A DNA stretch of 64,000 nt from Lingula anatina (Eukaryota; Animalia; Brachiopoda). The DNA lies in assembly GCA_051362555.1 (NCBI GenBank), contig CM120645.1:22754001-22818000 (forward strand). Direction: 5' to 3'. The notes under the pieces are model-generated. The model worked only from the letters and a program-made list of their open reading frames with translations. It did not search any database and was not told where the DNA came from. Position 1 is the stretch's first letter. Every line of letters starts with the position of its first letter. This document shows positions 15,962 to 33,918 of the stretch, piece after piece. The position numbers and the translations under genes are program-made.

Positions 15962-18171
15962 TCGCGCACCTTCCAGGGTCCCCGCCAAAGTACTGGATAT
16001 TCTTCTTGATCCATTTCAGGGCCTCAATTTGGTCCCACAGTCCTATATTACCAGATACGCTGTCGTCACCAGTGCTGAGAAACCCGAACACATTCAGGCG
16101 GTAGTTCATAGACACGACGATGACGTCACCTGTTACAGCTAAAAATAGATGTGCTATTTCTAAATACACGTATATATTTTATATGCTTGTAAAGTTGAAA
16201 ATGTGAGTACATCGAAATAGCAGCAGCATGAATAGGTCAGGCTTTTCTTGTACATTAGAGATTTCAATTAAATTACAGTGTTACAAAAATAAATAATATA
16301 TAACAAAAGTGTGCAGTTGGTAGTTGGATCATAAGATCAGTAACAATATAAGCACTATCAATTTAGACCTTGGTTATATCTTTTAAGGGCTGGGTGTGTT
16401 TACTTTTTTTATATATGTACAATTCCATTGTACTCACCAAATTCTTTGAAACTGTAGATAGAAGTTCCACCAAATTCATATGCCCCACCGTGTATCCAGA
16501 CCATTACCGCCTTATTGTTGGAACTGTTTGTGGAGCCAGGAACAAAAACGTTGAGTGTCAGGCAGTCTTCTGAAATCTGGATGATAAATTCTGGAGAATA
16601 TAGCTGTAGTGTGAAAATTCGCTGGCTCATTTTATTATTATACACCTTTGGTCAAATTATTATTATACTCTTTGGTCAAAAGGTTGTTCCACCTCTAGTT
16701 CCACGTGTTTTTCGTTTTACAAAAAATCACATCATAGCCAAAAACAATTTAAAATACTGCTTTTTACCAAGAAACCATATTCAACATAATTCATATAATT
16801 CAGTAATATACAGAATATCGGTGACGATCCATATTTTATATCATTAATTAAATTTTCCCCATGATTCCACAGAGGTTAAGAGGTTAATTTGCATTTGCTA
16901 ACAGCTCTCGTCTGGCAAGTGATTTGGTGCAGAAAAACAATGTTTTGAGTATAGGGTAACCATATTTGAACCCTGATATTTACCCTATTGAGTACCTGTG
17001 GCATGAATTGCAGTGTTCAATGCAGAGGAGAACCAATTTTCAAATAATCTGGACCAACTTCGCAGAGTTTTTTTCCAAGAATAGGACAATTTCCGACAAA
17101 ACGGAATTGAGATAATTGCAGTACGCGGTAGACACACACGCTATTTGACACGTGGCCTTTAACGAAGACATCCTACTGTTAATTTTGTGGCGGTGTCTTT
17201 TTAATTCAACAGGCAATTCTTTGCCTCTGTGGAAATCACAGTGAAACACTGGATTTGAGGGTGTGCATACTCTTAATTTGAATTAATGTTATAAAATATA
17301 GATATTTTCGCCGCTATTTTGTATTTTCTGAACACTTAATCATGTAAGTTATGGTATCTGGAATGAAAAGCATTGTTTAGAACAGTGTACACCAATGACG
17401 TGATCATTTGCAAATAAAAGCACATGGAACTGGGGTGGGACAACCTTTTTGACCAATGTTGTATATAACCTATATACTTATATTATAAGTACTTATATCA
17501 ATTAATTGAGTAAGATTTGATTTAGCCCTTTTTATTTTTATTCATATCTCTATCGTTGTGATTGAATTACTTTAATTAAAATCGCTAATTATGAGCTCAT
17601 GTTTGAAAGTATGATTACAAAGACTTATTCCCACCTTTTAACTACTGGGTACAAAGATTCTTTTAAGATACAACATACATCTCCGCCTCATGGTCAATTA
17701 TGTAGCATAATGTGTCCGCTACATCATTTTTTTGCAACATTTACTACATAAAGGGGAAATTGAGTATACTTTCATGAAGCTTTTGACTAAGTTAAACCAG
17801 TGCCTCTGTAATCCATTCAATATGCTTTATAATCACATGCTTTATAATCACAAGAGCAAGTAAAATGTAGTGTTTATTACCGTCTCCGGGTTGGGATAAG
17901 GTACTGCCACGATTTGCATGCAGGCAGGTCCAAACGCCGTGGCATCTTTAACACCTTCCCAGTTCTCTGCAGGCTCTGGTAACCTAAACCTGAGATCTCC
18001 CACGGGAGGCTTGGCGAATGGTATACCTAAGAATACATCCACTCTGCTCTCTTGCACAGTTTCTGTCGCTCCCTGTAACGCTCCGTTGTCAATGTACACA
18101 ATGGTCTGGGATTTCACTCCCTCCAGAAGTACAAGAGAGGCACAGATGACAACCATGATCCAAGACTCCAT
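13880..18171 (-). CDS. Type-B carboxylesterase, copy CE-2 (secreted, ~545 aa, intact)
   Basis: Exons 18171-17881, 16576-16438, 16138-15970, 15516-14647, 14048-13880. Same motifs as CE-1 (WIHGGAY oxyanion loop, GESAGG, GDG, HGDEL). Confidence 0.92.
15550..15853 (-). mobile_element. Non-autonomous Helentron-type (HINE/DINE-like) element in CE-2 intron 3
   Basis: Absent from the homologous intron of CE-1 and CE-3 (…aacagtaa^tggagcgcacaag). Subterminal inverted repeats ACCTCCGCCA / TGGCGGAGGT, internal (CAGA)n tract and a terminal hairpin GCACTC-CGA-GAGCGC; inserted in an AA/TT context. Confidence 0.65.
16668..17461 (+). mobile_element. Degenerate, internally deleted Tc1/mariner element in CE-2 intron 1
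   Basis: TIR-like ends TTGGTCAAAAGGTTGTTCCACC ... GGTGGGACAACCTTTTTGACCAA flanked by TA. An internal relic at ~16968-17010 translates [14 protein letters not shown], resembling the Tc1 SPDLNPIE.LW motif. Confidence 0.65.
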
Positions 18172-18537
18172 TCTACATATAAACCAAATTGATAACACCG
18201 CTCAAATCTTTATGTAACGTTCAAAGTAGCAATGTATGGCATTTATCTACGTATAAAAAGATTTAACTCAACGATGAGTGTGGTTTCATTGAGTTATATA
18301 CGTGGTAACCGCATTCGTGACTATGGTATGCATATATTCATAACGTAAGTTTTAAGAGCCTTATTGAATGGCAATGTATCTTTTTAATCTACGTGAAGAT
18401 AACTCAACGACTTGTGCCGTTCACTAGTGATGTGGTAACTGCGCACGTGACTATCAGGCCTACCCAACTACCAGACTCGGCACCGAATGATCCTGAATTC
18501 ACCGGTAGATCAGACCACACTACCCGTTTTCAAGGTG

Positions 18538-18688
18538 TGTGTCAGATCGCATTACACAGTATCAGACGCGACACCGCTCTTGCCTAGTACGCGATGTGAT
18601 AGTGACGATTCTCAGCGGGGTCGAAAAGCATTGCATCACCACTCAAAATTTGTTCAGGGTATGATACTGTGTAATGCGATCTGACACA
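18538..18688. mobile_element. MITE-like element with a perfect 27-bp inverted repeat
   Basis: TGTGTCAGATCGCATTACACAGTATCA (18538-18564) and its exact reverse complement (18662-18688); part of an insertion absent from the matching CE-1 and CE-3 upstream regions. Confidence 0.65.
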
Positions 18689-21600
18689 TCAATGTGCAGT
18701 CTTTTATATTATCTTTACCGGAGACCATTGCGGGATTAGCAGTATTGTTTCATGTAGGATCCGCCATATTTGATCCGCAGATCCACTCTCACGTATCCAC
18801 TGAAGATCTCAACCACTACAAGTATTGTGGCTAGTGTACATCTGAACGCAAACAATAGCAATGAATACACCGTAGTGCTTAACTTAATTGACCGGGAAAA
18901 GGTGCGATTCTCAAAGACGAACACTGCAGCGTTTAACAGGAAATAGTGAGTTGCTGCAATTCAGAAATGTTGCACATCGTAAATGCTCCCATTCGAGTAT
19001 GTTGTTTACACTTTAACCTATATTTCCTGCTGACTGTTTAGTATTATCACTTTTGTCGGATAAAATCAATTCTTATTTGCGTAGACACTAGACATTGTTT
19101 TCCAGTACGGTTTCGGCTATGCCTTGATCGTGGACGAGTTCTTCCAGGTTTATCGAGTATTGGACAAGATTGATATCTATGGGGAGATACCCAAGACAAT
19201 GACATATTATGTTGCGTCAGCTGGACTTTGCTGCAAGGCCGCCGTGAGTAACCCATTTAAAACACCTCCTTTTCCAGTACGGTTTCGGCGATCCTGGATC
19301 GTGGATGAGTTACGAGATGCTGCTGAGTTTATGAACCAATTCACGACACGAGTGACAGACTGTACAAAAGACGTGTGCTGATATATACTCATCGTCAAAA
19401 TTCTTATCATATAAACTGCACAAAACTGTTTTAAATATCATTAAAATATAACAATGTCAGCATTCGTCTCTCGCTGTGAAATGCATTTCTGTTGTTATTA
19501 ACAATGACGAATTTGAGGTGACAAACTTGTTTTCTTCGTCGTTATTTATTAATTTCATCAGACAAGTATCATTTTGTGCATATTATTCGATACTTTCTTT
19601 TATAAATTTATCCTTAGTTTTTTTCTTTTATCGTTTTTTTTTTACTTTTTGTATGATATATAGCTCTTATTTTGTTTCCTTCATTGCTACATTACCCTAA
19701 ATTACATGAATTTTATTATTTTGCTCTCATTTTATATTATCCTTACCTCGGTGTTATGGTTATAATGTCACACTGTGGTTTCTGTACATTAGATATTGTA
19801 TTATTTTATTTAGTTTTGCTTGTTGTTCTGTGTCCCTTTATACATTGCAACCGTTACTATGATTATTTGATCTTTTTTCTTTTTTGATAATGTTGTTCCA
19901 CAAAACCACAGAAAAATTCCTGGTTGTATAATGTAAAATCAAAAATTCAATTGTTACCCAAAATTGAATAACTGGAACTTTATTACTCCCAATAATAGCT
20001 CCATCATATACAAATGCCTTTGAATTAGTCACTGCTAACAATTTAGGTATATACTGTGATAACCACCAAAGAAATTATACTATTCAACATATGCTAAATC
20101 TCAAAAAATGCCATCCAAAGTTTTCCCACTGCTTTGAAATTCAATTTGAACGAGCACGGATTCTTGGTATGGTTTTCATCCAAAACTTGACCCGTTTTGG
20201 AAGGATTTTATTCTTCCCCACTATGACGTCACCAAATTCGAGGTAGTGCTCTTTATTCATAGTGTATTCCTCCCATATTGCTGGGACAGGTTCTGGCATG
20301 TTTGGATTTCTGAAACAAACCATAAGTTACAATATGAACCGCTTAAAAATTATCAGAAGATATTATCCGCTACCAGTAAGTGTAATTCGTAGAGAATGAC
20401 GTCAGAGTAATTTGAAATCAAATAAGTCTCTATTGTATAATTTATTCAAATGACAATACCTTAAAGAAGCTAATAATACTGCACTTGGCCACAGTAGAAA
20501 AAAGACGCTAAATGCATGTAAGTTGACGATAACACATGGTCAAATATACATTTGGTACCTAAATATTGAATTTGGTTTCAATTGCACCTGTTATATCAAA
20601 TTACTTATCTTTGGCGTTGAAAAAAATCGAGGGAGCTTCCCGCACGTTTTAGTTAAAGCTTTTTGATAAGTGTACATCATCATATACCTAAAACACCAAC
20701 TTTCATACCATTTATATGCACGAAATCAAAACAAATAGTATCTGCTTCATAGTTAATTGTGGATTTCGATTTTTTATGTTTGTGGATTACAATATTTGAA
20801 TGATATATACTGAGTTGGCTCAATTTCTTAAAACAGTAATAATATAGTAACTGAACGATGTAAGAAAAGTGCTTCGTCGCCATATAACTGTGTTTTATAG
20901 TTTTACTTACCCAGTCATAGCAAAGTTGGACCAATATCGTATCATCATCTCACTCAGATACTTCTCGTCGTCAGTGAAAGTCGCACCGGAGACGAAAGGT
21001 TCATGTGAACCAATCATAAATGGAAGTTCGTCTCCGTGACTTGCTCGCTGAAACCAAGATGGTAAACCAGACAAAACATGCCCATACAGCGGCTTTCTCG
21101 TGAAGTAGTAAAGATATGTCGACCCACCTCCTTCAGAGAGATGAGGCAGTAGGAATTCGTACATCGGATGAGTAGAGGATATGTCCGTGTTGAAGTCGAC
21201 AAAATAACGCCCAGTTTCTATTTTGGTGGCGGTTTTGTCATAGTAAAATTTTGTGATCGCGTTGATTATTTCCGTGTTGTTGCCAACCACCAACTTAGTC
21301 CAATAAGGTATCAGCGTGTCACGAAAAAAAAAGGGGCTCAATCCCGTCGGAGAACTTATTTTGAACCAACATTGCTCCGTCTCCATTAAGAATTCCAGTT
21401 ACGAAGTTGAGAGAGCGTAGACACTGCAATACAACGGGATCACTTAACATTTCTGATATTGGTTTAGTAAGCAAGATTCCGTCAATTGAGGGTCTGTAAA
21501 AATCTCCAGTAAGCCCTACGGTGGCACTCACACTGGTATTCACAAGGGCCTCGGCGTCTATGGTGCGTAGACAGTCTACCAGGGCCACGGTGTTTGCCGA

Positions 21601-21879
21601 TGGACAGCCAAGAATGCTTCCTATTCTCACAGCGAGTTCTGGGCCATTTTGTGACACTGCCCAAGCAGCGCTGGTGGTACCACTTTGACTTATCAAGCGG
21701 TGGAAGAGGCCTGAAGAAGCGTTTGCCAGGGCCAGCTGTGTTGCACTACTACACCTGCAGATTCGCCAAAAATCGTCACCCTGTAAAACACCGATGACAA
21801 TATAACAGTAAAGGAGCGCACAAGCTTGGGTCATCACAATGATATGATCTAATAAATAAAGTATTGACAGATGGACTCT

Positions 21880-21914
<35 letters not shown>

Positions 21915-21943
21915 GTGTGTGTGGGTGGGTGCATAATCGTTCA

Positions 21944-22162
<219 letters not shown>

Positions 22163-22396
22163 TTAAAAATTAAATGAAGAGAAATACTGGTATTAACATT
22201 TTTAAGGCTTTAAACAAGGCAAATTTCCTTTGGGTGCTTAAATTTGTGTCAGAATAAGATATTTATTTTTCATTCCATGTGATAACTTCCGTAGTTCCCA
22301 TAAGTTAGTACAGAAAGGGGAAATGATGCGTTTGAAAGATATAAGAGTCATTTTGGGATAATTCATCATAATGATGTTTCATTTTATATGCCTGAG

Positions 22397-22921
22397 TGTA
22401 AGAACAAAAATGATTGTATCTAACTTAGTTTATGGTTTATTGCATCAGATATGCTAAGCAAGCACATCTATCACATTTCTTTAATAAAAGGACCTCATTA
22501 GCATAAGTGAACAGTCCTAGTTGTCACACACAGGAGAGTGTGGGTCAGTTAGGTGTGTGCTGCAGAGGAGTGCAGAGGTGCAGAAATGCAGTGGCATTAT
22601 TGTATTTACCCAGTAGAGGCATAATGGTAAGATGTTTATGTCAATTTTGTACATAATGTATATTACCAGTATTTCTTTCTTTATATTATATAGTTTTATT
22701 AATTAACCTGGTTGCTAATTGTATTTTAAATAGCAATTTGTATTATAAACTCAGATGTTATGTGAGAAGTGGTGATACCAGCTAGACAAATAAGTGACAG
22801 TTGTATTTTCTTTGTTTTAGTTACACGGCTGTTTCAACCGGAGACAATTTAAATAAAGCTCAAGTTAAGGAATATGCCCGTTGTCATTTGCCTCGTTTAT
22901 CTGTGGCCCCTGCGAGCTACA
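22397..22921 (+). mobile_element. Solo LTR (525 bp), probably BEL/Pao-type, in CE-3 intron 2
   Basis: Begins TGTAAG and ends CTACA, flanked by a 5-bp direct repeat CTGAG (22392-22396 / 22922-22926); AATAAA near the 3' end; absent from the homologous CE-1 intron. The superfamily assignment is inferred from TSD length only. Confidence 0.75.
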
Positions 22922-24027
22922 CTGAGTATCTATACTGTAATGAATGCTCACACAAAATTTTTCGCTATCACCCCCCCCCCCCGCCAAAAAAAAAAAGATG
23001 ATGGAGAACCTCATTTTTATGTGGCATAATAAAGCAATATAAAGTGCATTTCAAGATAACTGTTCAAGTATTTATGTATTGTTTTGTAATTAGAAGTTTG
23101 GCGCATTTATCCTTTATATGCCTTAAGTCCTTTTACTCACCGAATTCTTTGAAACTGTATACGGATGTTCCACCTATGTTGTAACCCCCAGCATATATCC
23201 AGACCATTACCGCCTTATTGTTGGAGCTGTTTGTGGATCCAGGAACAAAAACGTTGAGTGTCAGGCAGTCTTCCGAAATCTACAAGATAACGAGCCATAG
23301 TATTACATCAATTTGATGAATTTCGAAGTTACATCAGGTAGATAATATACATGAATCGATGCTTCTATAACATAAATGGATCAATTCGTATGTGCTTAAG
23401 TGTTCAGAATCAATTTAATACCATATGCGTGAATGTAAATACCTAATAACTTATTGAATGCACCTGAAGTTAAAATAACTAATGCTTTTTCTCAGAACCT
23501 AAAATTTTATTGTCATAAAATATGGGATTGCTATATATTTTGAACAACAGGCCCTGAGGTTAAGGATAATGGTTAGTTAAGGGGCACATTTCCGTTTTTA
23601 TAAAAAGAAAACTAGTCATGCAGTGCTTAGCCAAGTCGGACAAACCCGTTTTAATTAAAGGAACTAATTTTAATAAAACAAAGATATAAAAATAGTATTA
23701 TTTTTGGTTTGTGTGACTTTTAATAGTGTGAGCTGGAGGTTTTATTTGCAAATGTAGAAGGTTAAGTTCTTGAATAGCATATCACTTTGTGGGATTATGG
23801 TGCATATGATGAAACCTTTGCATCTTTTACTTCCAATTTTAACAGTCGTTTGCCCTGCTGAAATTTGAAATGATGGAAATACATCTAGCTGTGAAAAATA
23901 ATTTTTTTAGTTCAATACCGAAGTACAGTTGGGATTGCTAGTAAAAATAGTGAAGCCTTCATGCGAATATACCTACACTATCAGCATGATTTGGGCTCAA
24001 ATAGAGTAATGGTATTAACAGGTGATG

Positions 24028-24058
<31 letters not shown>

Positions 24059-24233
24059 GCTTTCACATGCAGGCATCTCAAGGATATCGTTACATTTCAG
24101 ATACCTTCATATATTCGCTATATATAGAACACTGTAATGGCACAGCATCCCCAATTGCTACCTGCTGTATGTATTCGATAGATGTTACTTGGAAAGAAAA
24201 ATGTTATTGTCAAACCCATCATGATCATAAAGT

Positions 24234-24760
24234 ATCATCATCCAGTGCCCTGCTGTTCAGCGTTGGTGATCATGTCTCTCCACACATCTCGGTCTCGAGT
24301 GGCTCTCAGCAAGTCAACTGTCGTCTCCAGTCCCACCTAGGATATCAGACCGTCTGTGATTTTTTCCCGTTGTCTTCCGCGGCACCTTTTCCCATTGATT
24401 TTGGTCTGTAGTGGTCAGGTGCTCAAGACCCCCATTCCTCATAAGGTGGCCGAAATATTTTGCTTGTCGTTTTCGAATTTGTTAAAGAGCGATCTTTTGG
24501 CGTCTGCTTCTTTCAACACATTTGTATTTGTTTTTCTATCGGTCCAAGGTATGCGTATCATTCGTCTGTATAACCACATTTCGATTTTCCTTTTCATTTG
24601 CTTACTTAGTGTCCAAGCTTTGCATCCATACATAAGAATAGGTTCAATGTAACATTGTAAAACTTTCTTTCTTGTGATAAGTGATAGATGTTTGTTCGTT
24701 AAAACTGATTTCGTTTTTTGAAAAGCTGCCTTTGCTTGAGCAATTCTTTCAATTTTATTT
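24234..24760 (-). mobile_element. 5'-truncated RTE-clade LINE fragment
   Basis: ORF 24439-24792 contains RIAQAKAAF...KKVLQCYIEPILMYGCKAWTL...EMWLYRRMIRIPWTDRKTNTNVL, the typical C-terminal part of RTE-type reverse transcriptases; short (TGA)n 3' tail at ~24235-24241. Confidence 0.8.
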
Positions 24761-26280
24761 CCGTGTTGCTGCACCCATCGGCTGCATTGCATTCATATAT
24801 AAGATTGTTTTATTTTTGTTACCATCCATGATATTTACAACAGCAGATATATCTTAATAAGTTATTTTTAAAGATTTTTAAATTTTTGAACAAATGCTGA
24901 TTGATTGGTGTATCAAATAACTGTCGAGGGTACGTAGTATACGGGCGAGAAGGATTAATTTCACGAAAAAATAGAAGTTTAGTACAATAATGTCCTCCCT
25001 ACTCAGACCTGTATGCTGGTGGTGGCGCTTTGTAGTACATCGTATTATTACGATAATTTAATTCCCTGCATCTTAAAAATATGGTGTAAATCATGGCAGC
25101 CATAGGTAATTTATGTTTCTTCTTGCTTATTCTATTGGATTTGCTGGAAACAGGATGGATTTATGCTGAATAAAACATCAATGCGTTGTTTTATTGAACA
25201 TCGGTATCTGAGGTTTGATAAAAAAAATTCTAGCTATAAATAAATTTTAAATGCACATATACAATGTGTCTCATGCTAACCGTCTCAGGATCGGGAAAGC
25301 CAAAAGGGTTCGGCAAGTTTTGCATGCAGGCAGGCCCAAACGCCGTGGCATCTTTAACACCTTCCCAGTTCTCTGCAGGCTCTGGTAACCTAAACCTGAG
25401 ATCTCCCACTGGAGGCTTGGCGAATGGTATACCTAAGAATACATCCACTCTGCGCCCTTGTACAGTTTCTGTCGCTCCCTGCAACGCTCCGTTGTCAATG
25501 TACACAATGATCTGGGATTTCACTCCCTCCAGATTTACAAGTACAAGATAGACATAGAGGACAACCTTGACCCAAGACTCCATTCTACATATAAATCAAA
25601 TAATACCGCTCAAATATACATGTAACTTTCAATGTAACGGCAGTTTAAATAGCAACGTATCACATTTATCTACGTAAATATTTTACTCAACGACGAGTGT
25701 GGTTTCACCTAGCTACGTGGTAACCGCATACGTGGCTATGGTATGCATTTATTCATAACATAAATGCAACAGCCATATTGAATAGCAGAAATATTGCTTT
25801 TATCAACGTGAAGATACTCAACGACGAGTGTTGTTTCACCTAGTGATGTGGTAACTGCGAACGTGACTATGGTATACATGTATTCATAATACAGGGAATC
25901 AATGTGCAGTCTTTTATTTTATCTTAACCAGATACCATTACGGGATCAACGGTGTTGCTTTCATGTAGGATCCGCCATATTTGATCCGCAGATCCACTCT
26001 CACGTATCCACTAAAGATCTCAACCACCACAGGTATTGTGACTAGTGTACATCTGAACGCAACAGTTGCAATGAATACACCATAGTGCTTACATTGTAAC
26101 TTAATTGATCGCGGAAAAAGTTCCTATTTTCGAAGACGAACAGAAAAAACTGCAGCGTTTAACATGAAATAGTTAGTTACTGCAATTCAAAAATATTGCA
26201 CATCGTTAATGCGCCCTTTCAAATATGTTGTTTGACCAATATTTCCTGCTGTACGTTTAATATTATACTCTGCATCTACA

Positions 26281-26323
<43 letters not shown>
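26281..26323. repeat. (AAT)n microsatellite
   Basis: About 14 AAT units. Confidence 0.9.
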
Positions 26324-26325
<2 letters not shown>

Positions 26326-27252
26326 TGCACTCATCTGTCACTCATCTGCACTCTTATTTGTTCCCCATAGCAAAATACGCATCCAACTTTTAAATGTAGT
26401 TTATAGACCCGTTTACTTCCAACTTTGTCCATACCAGTAAAATATATGTAACCCCTTTGTTGAATAAAGCAAATTGTGATATTAATTAAATTAAATTTTA
26501 TTGTTAGAGTGCAAAACGTGAAATTATATGCAGTATGTTTATATGTTCTTTAAAAACACGTAATTATAGACATGTTTGTTTATACATGTAAGTGTATAAT
26601 AAAAATAACAATGTCATCATTCGTCTCTCGCTGTGAAATAGTTTTGTTATTGTCTTCAGTGACGAATGTGAGGTAACAAACTTTTCTTCATCGTTGAATT
26701 ATTCCCATAGATAAGGTACATTCTGTGCATAATATTTTATGGTTTTGTTCATAAATTCTAAACTTAGTTTTTGCTGTTTGTGTGATATATTACTTTCATT
26801 TAGATAGTCTTGTTTTAGTTTCCTTCTTCGTTGCTACTTTTCCCATAATTACATGCGTTTCATTATTTTGGCCTGACTTCTGTAACACTGTGGTTTCTGT
26901 AGATTAGGTACTGTATTATTTTATTTAGTTTTCCTAAACATAACAACCTTTTCTAGGACTATATGATTCCTTTATTCTATGATAATACTGTTCCACAAAA
27001 CCACAGAAATTCTTGGTTATATATCGTAAAATCAAAAACTCCATTTAAACTCAAAATACCACCATGAAACTGAATAACTCCTTATCATAGTTCCATCATA
27101 TACAAATGCCTTTGAATAACTCAGTGCTGACAATTTAGGAATATATTTCGATCACCACCAAAGCTATGATAACCACTAAAGATATTATACTATTCAGCAT
27201 ATGCTAAATCTCGAAAGGATGTCGCCCAATGATTTCCCCACTGCTTTGAAAC

Positions 27253-31763
<4,511 letters not shown>

Positions 31764-32521
31764 TTAAAAGTTGTTTCCGTCAGCCCGCATATTCTGCCAG
31801 AGCTGTAGCTGAACTGGTTATCTAAAATACATTGCTCTATGTTGCCAGCCATCATATTGGCATGTGCTTTTTACCACACACTTTTTGTCATTGATGAAAT
31901 AGTTCCATATATCGCTAATTCTTAGCTCTGTATCTGTCAGGGTATATTGGATAATCACATTTTAAATTATAATGAAAATATTCTTAAAATACCTATAAAA
32001 TCAAAACAGATTCATTAACGACCCTCTACATGCTTCTGACCTTTTGTTTCTGGCTTTTTGTTTCATGCCGGTCATTTTAGTTGTTTGCACAATACAATGC
32101 CCACCTCTGTATTTCGATTGAATGTCAGCCCATCTGCCAAAATGATTATTTGTTAGTTTTATTGAGTTGGGAGCATCTATGAACATGAATGTACATATAA
32201 TGGCGAACATGCCGCTTATATCACTAAATTTTATCTCCACAGTCGATGCACTTGAAAGAAGATCATATATAGCTCTCTCAACTACTACTACTGCCCCAAC
32301 GTATCATTTAATACGTGACATTCATGTTGAATCTGTCTCTCGTCTGAGACCTGACGTATTCCGAACAACAAACAACAAACACCTTTTACATGAAAAAGTG
32401 TCAGACAAGGGCAGCATTGTGTTCCAAATTTCACAAATACAACATAAGACAGCTATCTTCTTACAGGAGCAAGTCATCATTCTTAAAAGATCACATGCAA
32501 TATCATAGAAGAGCACTTAAC

Positions 32522-32798
32522 CAGTAGCGGATTCCCGTTTCTGAAAAATATATCACACCAATATATCCCTCTTGAAATTAGAAATTGAGCAAGCTGAACC
32601 CTGGCTCTAAACCGTACCAAAGGGCACCGCTTAATTTGCCCTCCAAATCACCCAAAAAATTAGAGTCCCTTGAGCAGGCCCCCAATCCCACGCCAAGAGG
32701 GTGATGGTCGGCTTCGCATCCGAGGCCTGTCGTTCCTGACCCCCCCCCCCCCCCCCCCAAAAAAAAAAAAAAATCAGATAATCTTGGATCCGCCCCTG
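32522..32798. mobile_element. MITE-like element of the CAGGGGCGGATC...GATCCGCCCCTG type
   Basis: Degenerate left end CAGTAGCGGATTC, right end GGATCCGCCCCTG, internal poly-C/poly-A; no clean TSD. Confidence 0.4.
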
Positions 32799-32917
32799 AT
32801 TAACGTACATGGTATAACTGTTTCACATTTAAAAATTCAACATAGACAAACAAAGCTCATAGAATTGCTATGGTAGAGAATGGACCATTTGTTTAGGTCG
32901 CACAGTATATCATCATA

Positions 32918-33157
32918 GGGACCATTCCCACAGATTTTTGGATCGATCTATCTTCCTGGGGAGTCTCACTACATTGCTATCAAACTAACCAGCTTAAACG
33001 TCTGTCACGCCTAGTAAAGCTGTTAGTGTTAGTCTTTACCCCTAGCTGATTCGGTACACGTGAGAGGCATTTGAGCCTCTTGAGCTGATAGCAATTTAGC
33101 GTGAACCCCCAGGGAGTTAGGCCGATCCAGTTGGATGGATCTAAGTATGGGAACCCA
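32918..33157. mobile_element. MITE (same family as 63682-63907, opposite orientation)
   Basis: Shares AATTTAGCGTGAACCCCCAGGGAGTTAGG, GGGGAGTCTCACTA and GATCGATCTA blocks with the reverse complement of 63682-63907. Confidence 0.7.
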
Positions 33158-33277
33158 GTCGTAGTGTAGCAGACACGTTACTCTGACCTGATTCAGGAAG
33201 CATGATAAGATATAGCCATAACACAAACACTGTAGAAAACACTGAGTCACGAACGTGTTTTTAGTTACTCTCGTAAA

Positions 33278-33883
33278 ATGGCTTGGTGGATTCCATACCT
33301 GCTTTTGCTTTTTTTGTCAGTAACTGTAGTAAACAGCCAGTTAGAGGTCACCATCAGAACCGGTAGAATACGAGGTTTCAGCAAAACAGTGAACGGGACA
33401 ACTGTGAACGAATTTTTAGGAATTCCCTTTGCCAAACCTCCAATTGGGAACCTTAGATTTGCAAAGCCCCAGCCTGCAAACCGCTGGGCAGGGGTGAAAG
33501 ACGCCACGGCGTATGGTCCAGCTTGCATGCAGAGACCCAACCCTTTTGGATTTCCTAATCCGAAGAAAGTAGGTTTAGTAACTTTATATTTAATGTTTTA
33601 AAATTAATTAAAAACAAAAGTTCTTTTATGAAATGCAGAGACCCAACCCTTTTGGATTTCCTGTCCCGAAAACGTGGGTACAGTGTATACCAAGTTCACA
33701 TCCTACTGTATTATGTAATCATAATCATAAACACCATTACGTGGGATTTAGGTGTAGAAATCTTAATTGTTTTTGTCCTGACCTGTCTCGTATAGTTCCG
33801 CCCGCTCCTGCGGCTCCGCAGGATTTCGTGAGACACAAGTCACCGTTACCGCTTCTCCTCCTAGACCGCATGTACCTGTAGCC

Positions 33884-33918
<35 letters not shown>

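Noticed and set aside
19097-19315. ~45-bp direct repeat TTTTCCAGTACGGTTTCGGC... within ORF 19124-19381
   Set aside because: Only two diverged copies, no termini or TSD identified and no protein motif; likely a fragment of an unclassified repeat.
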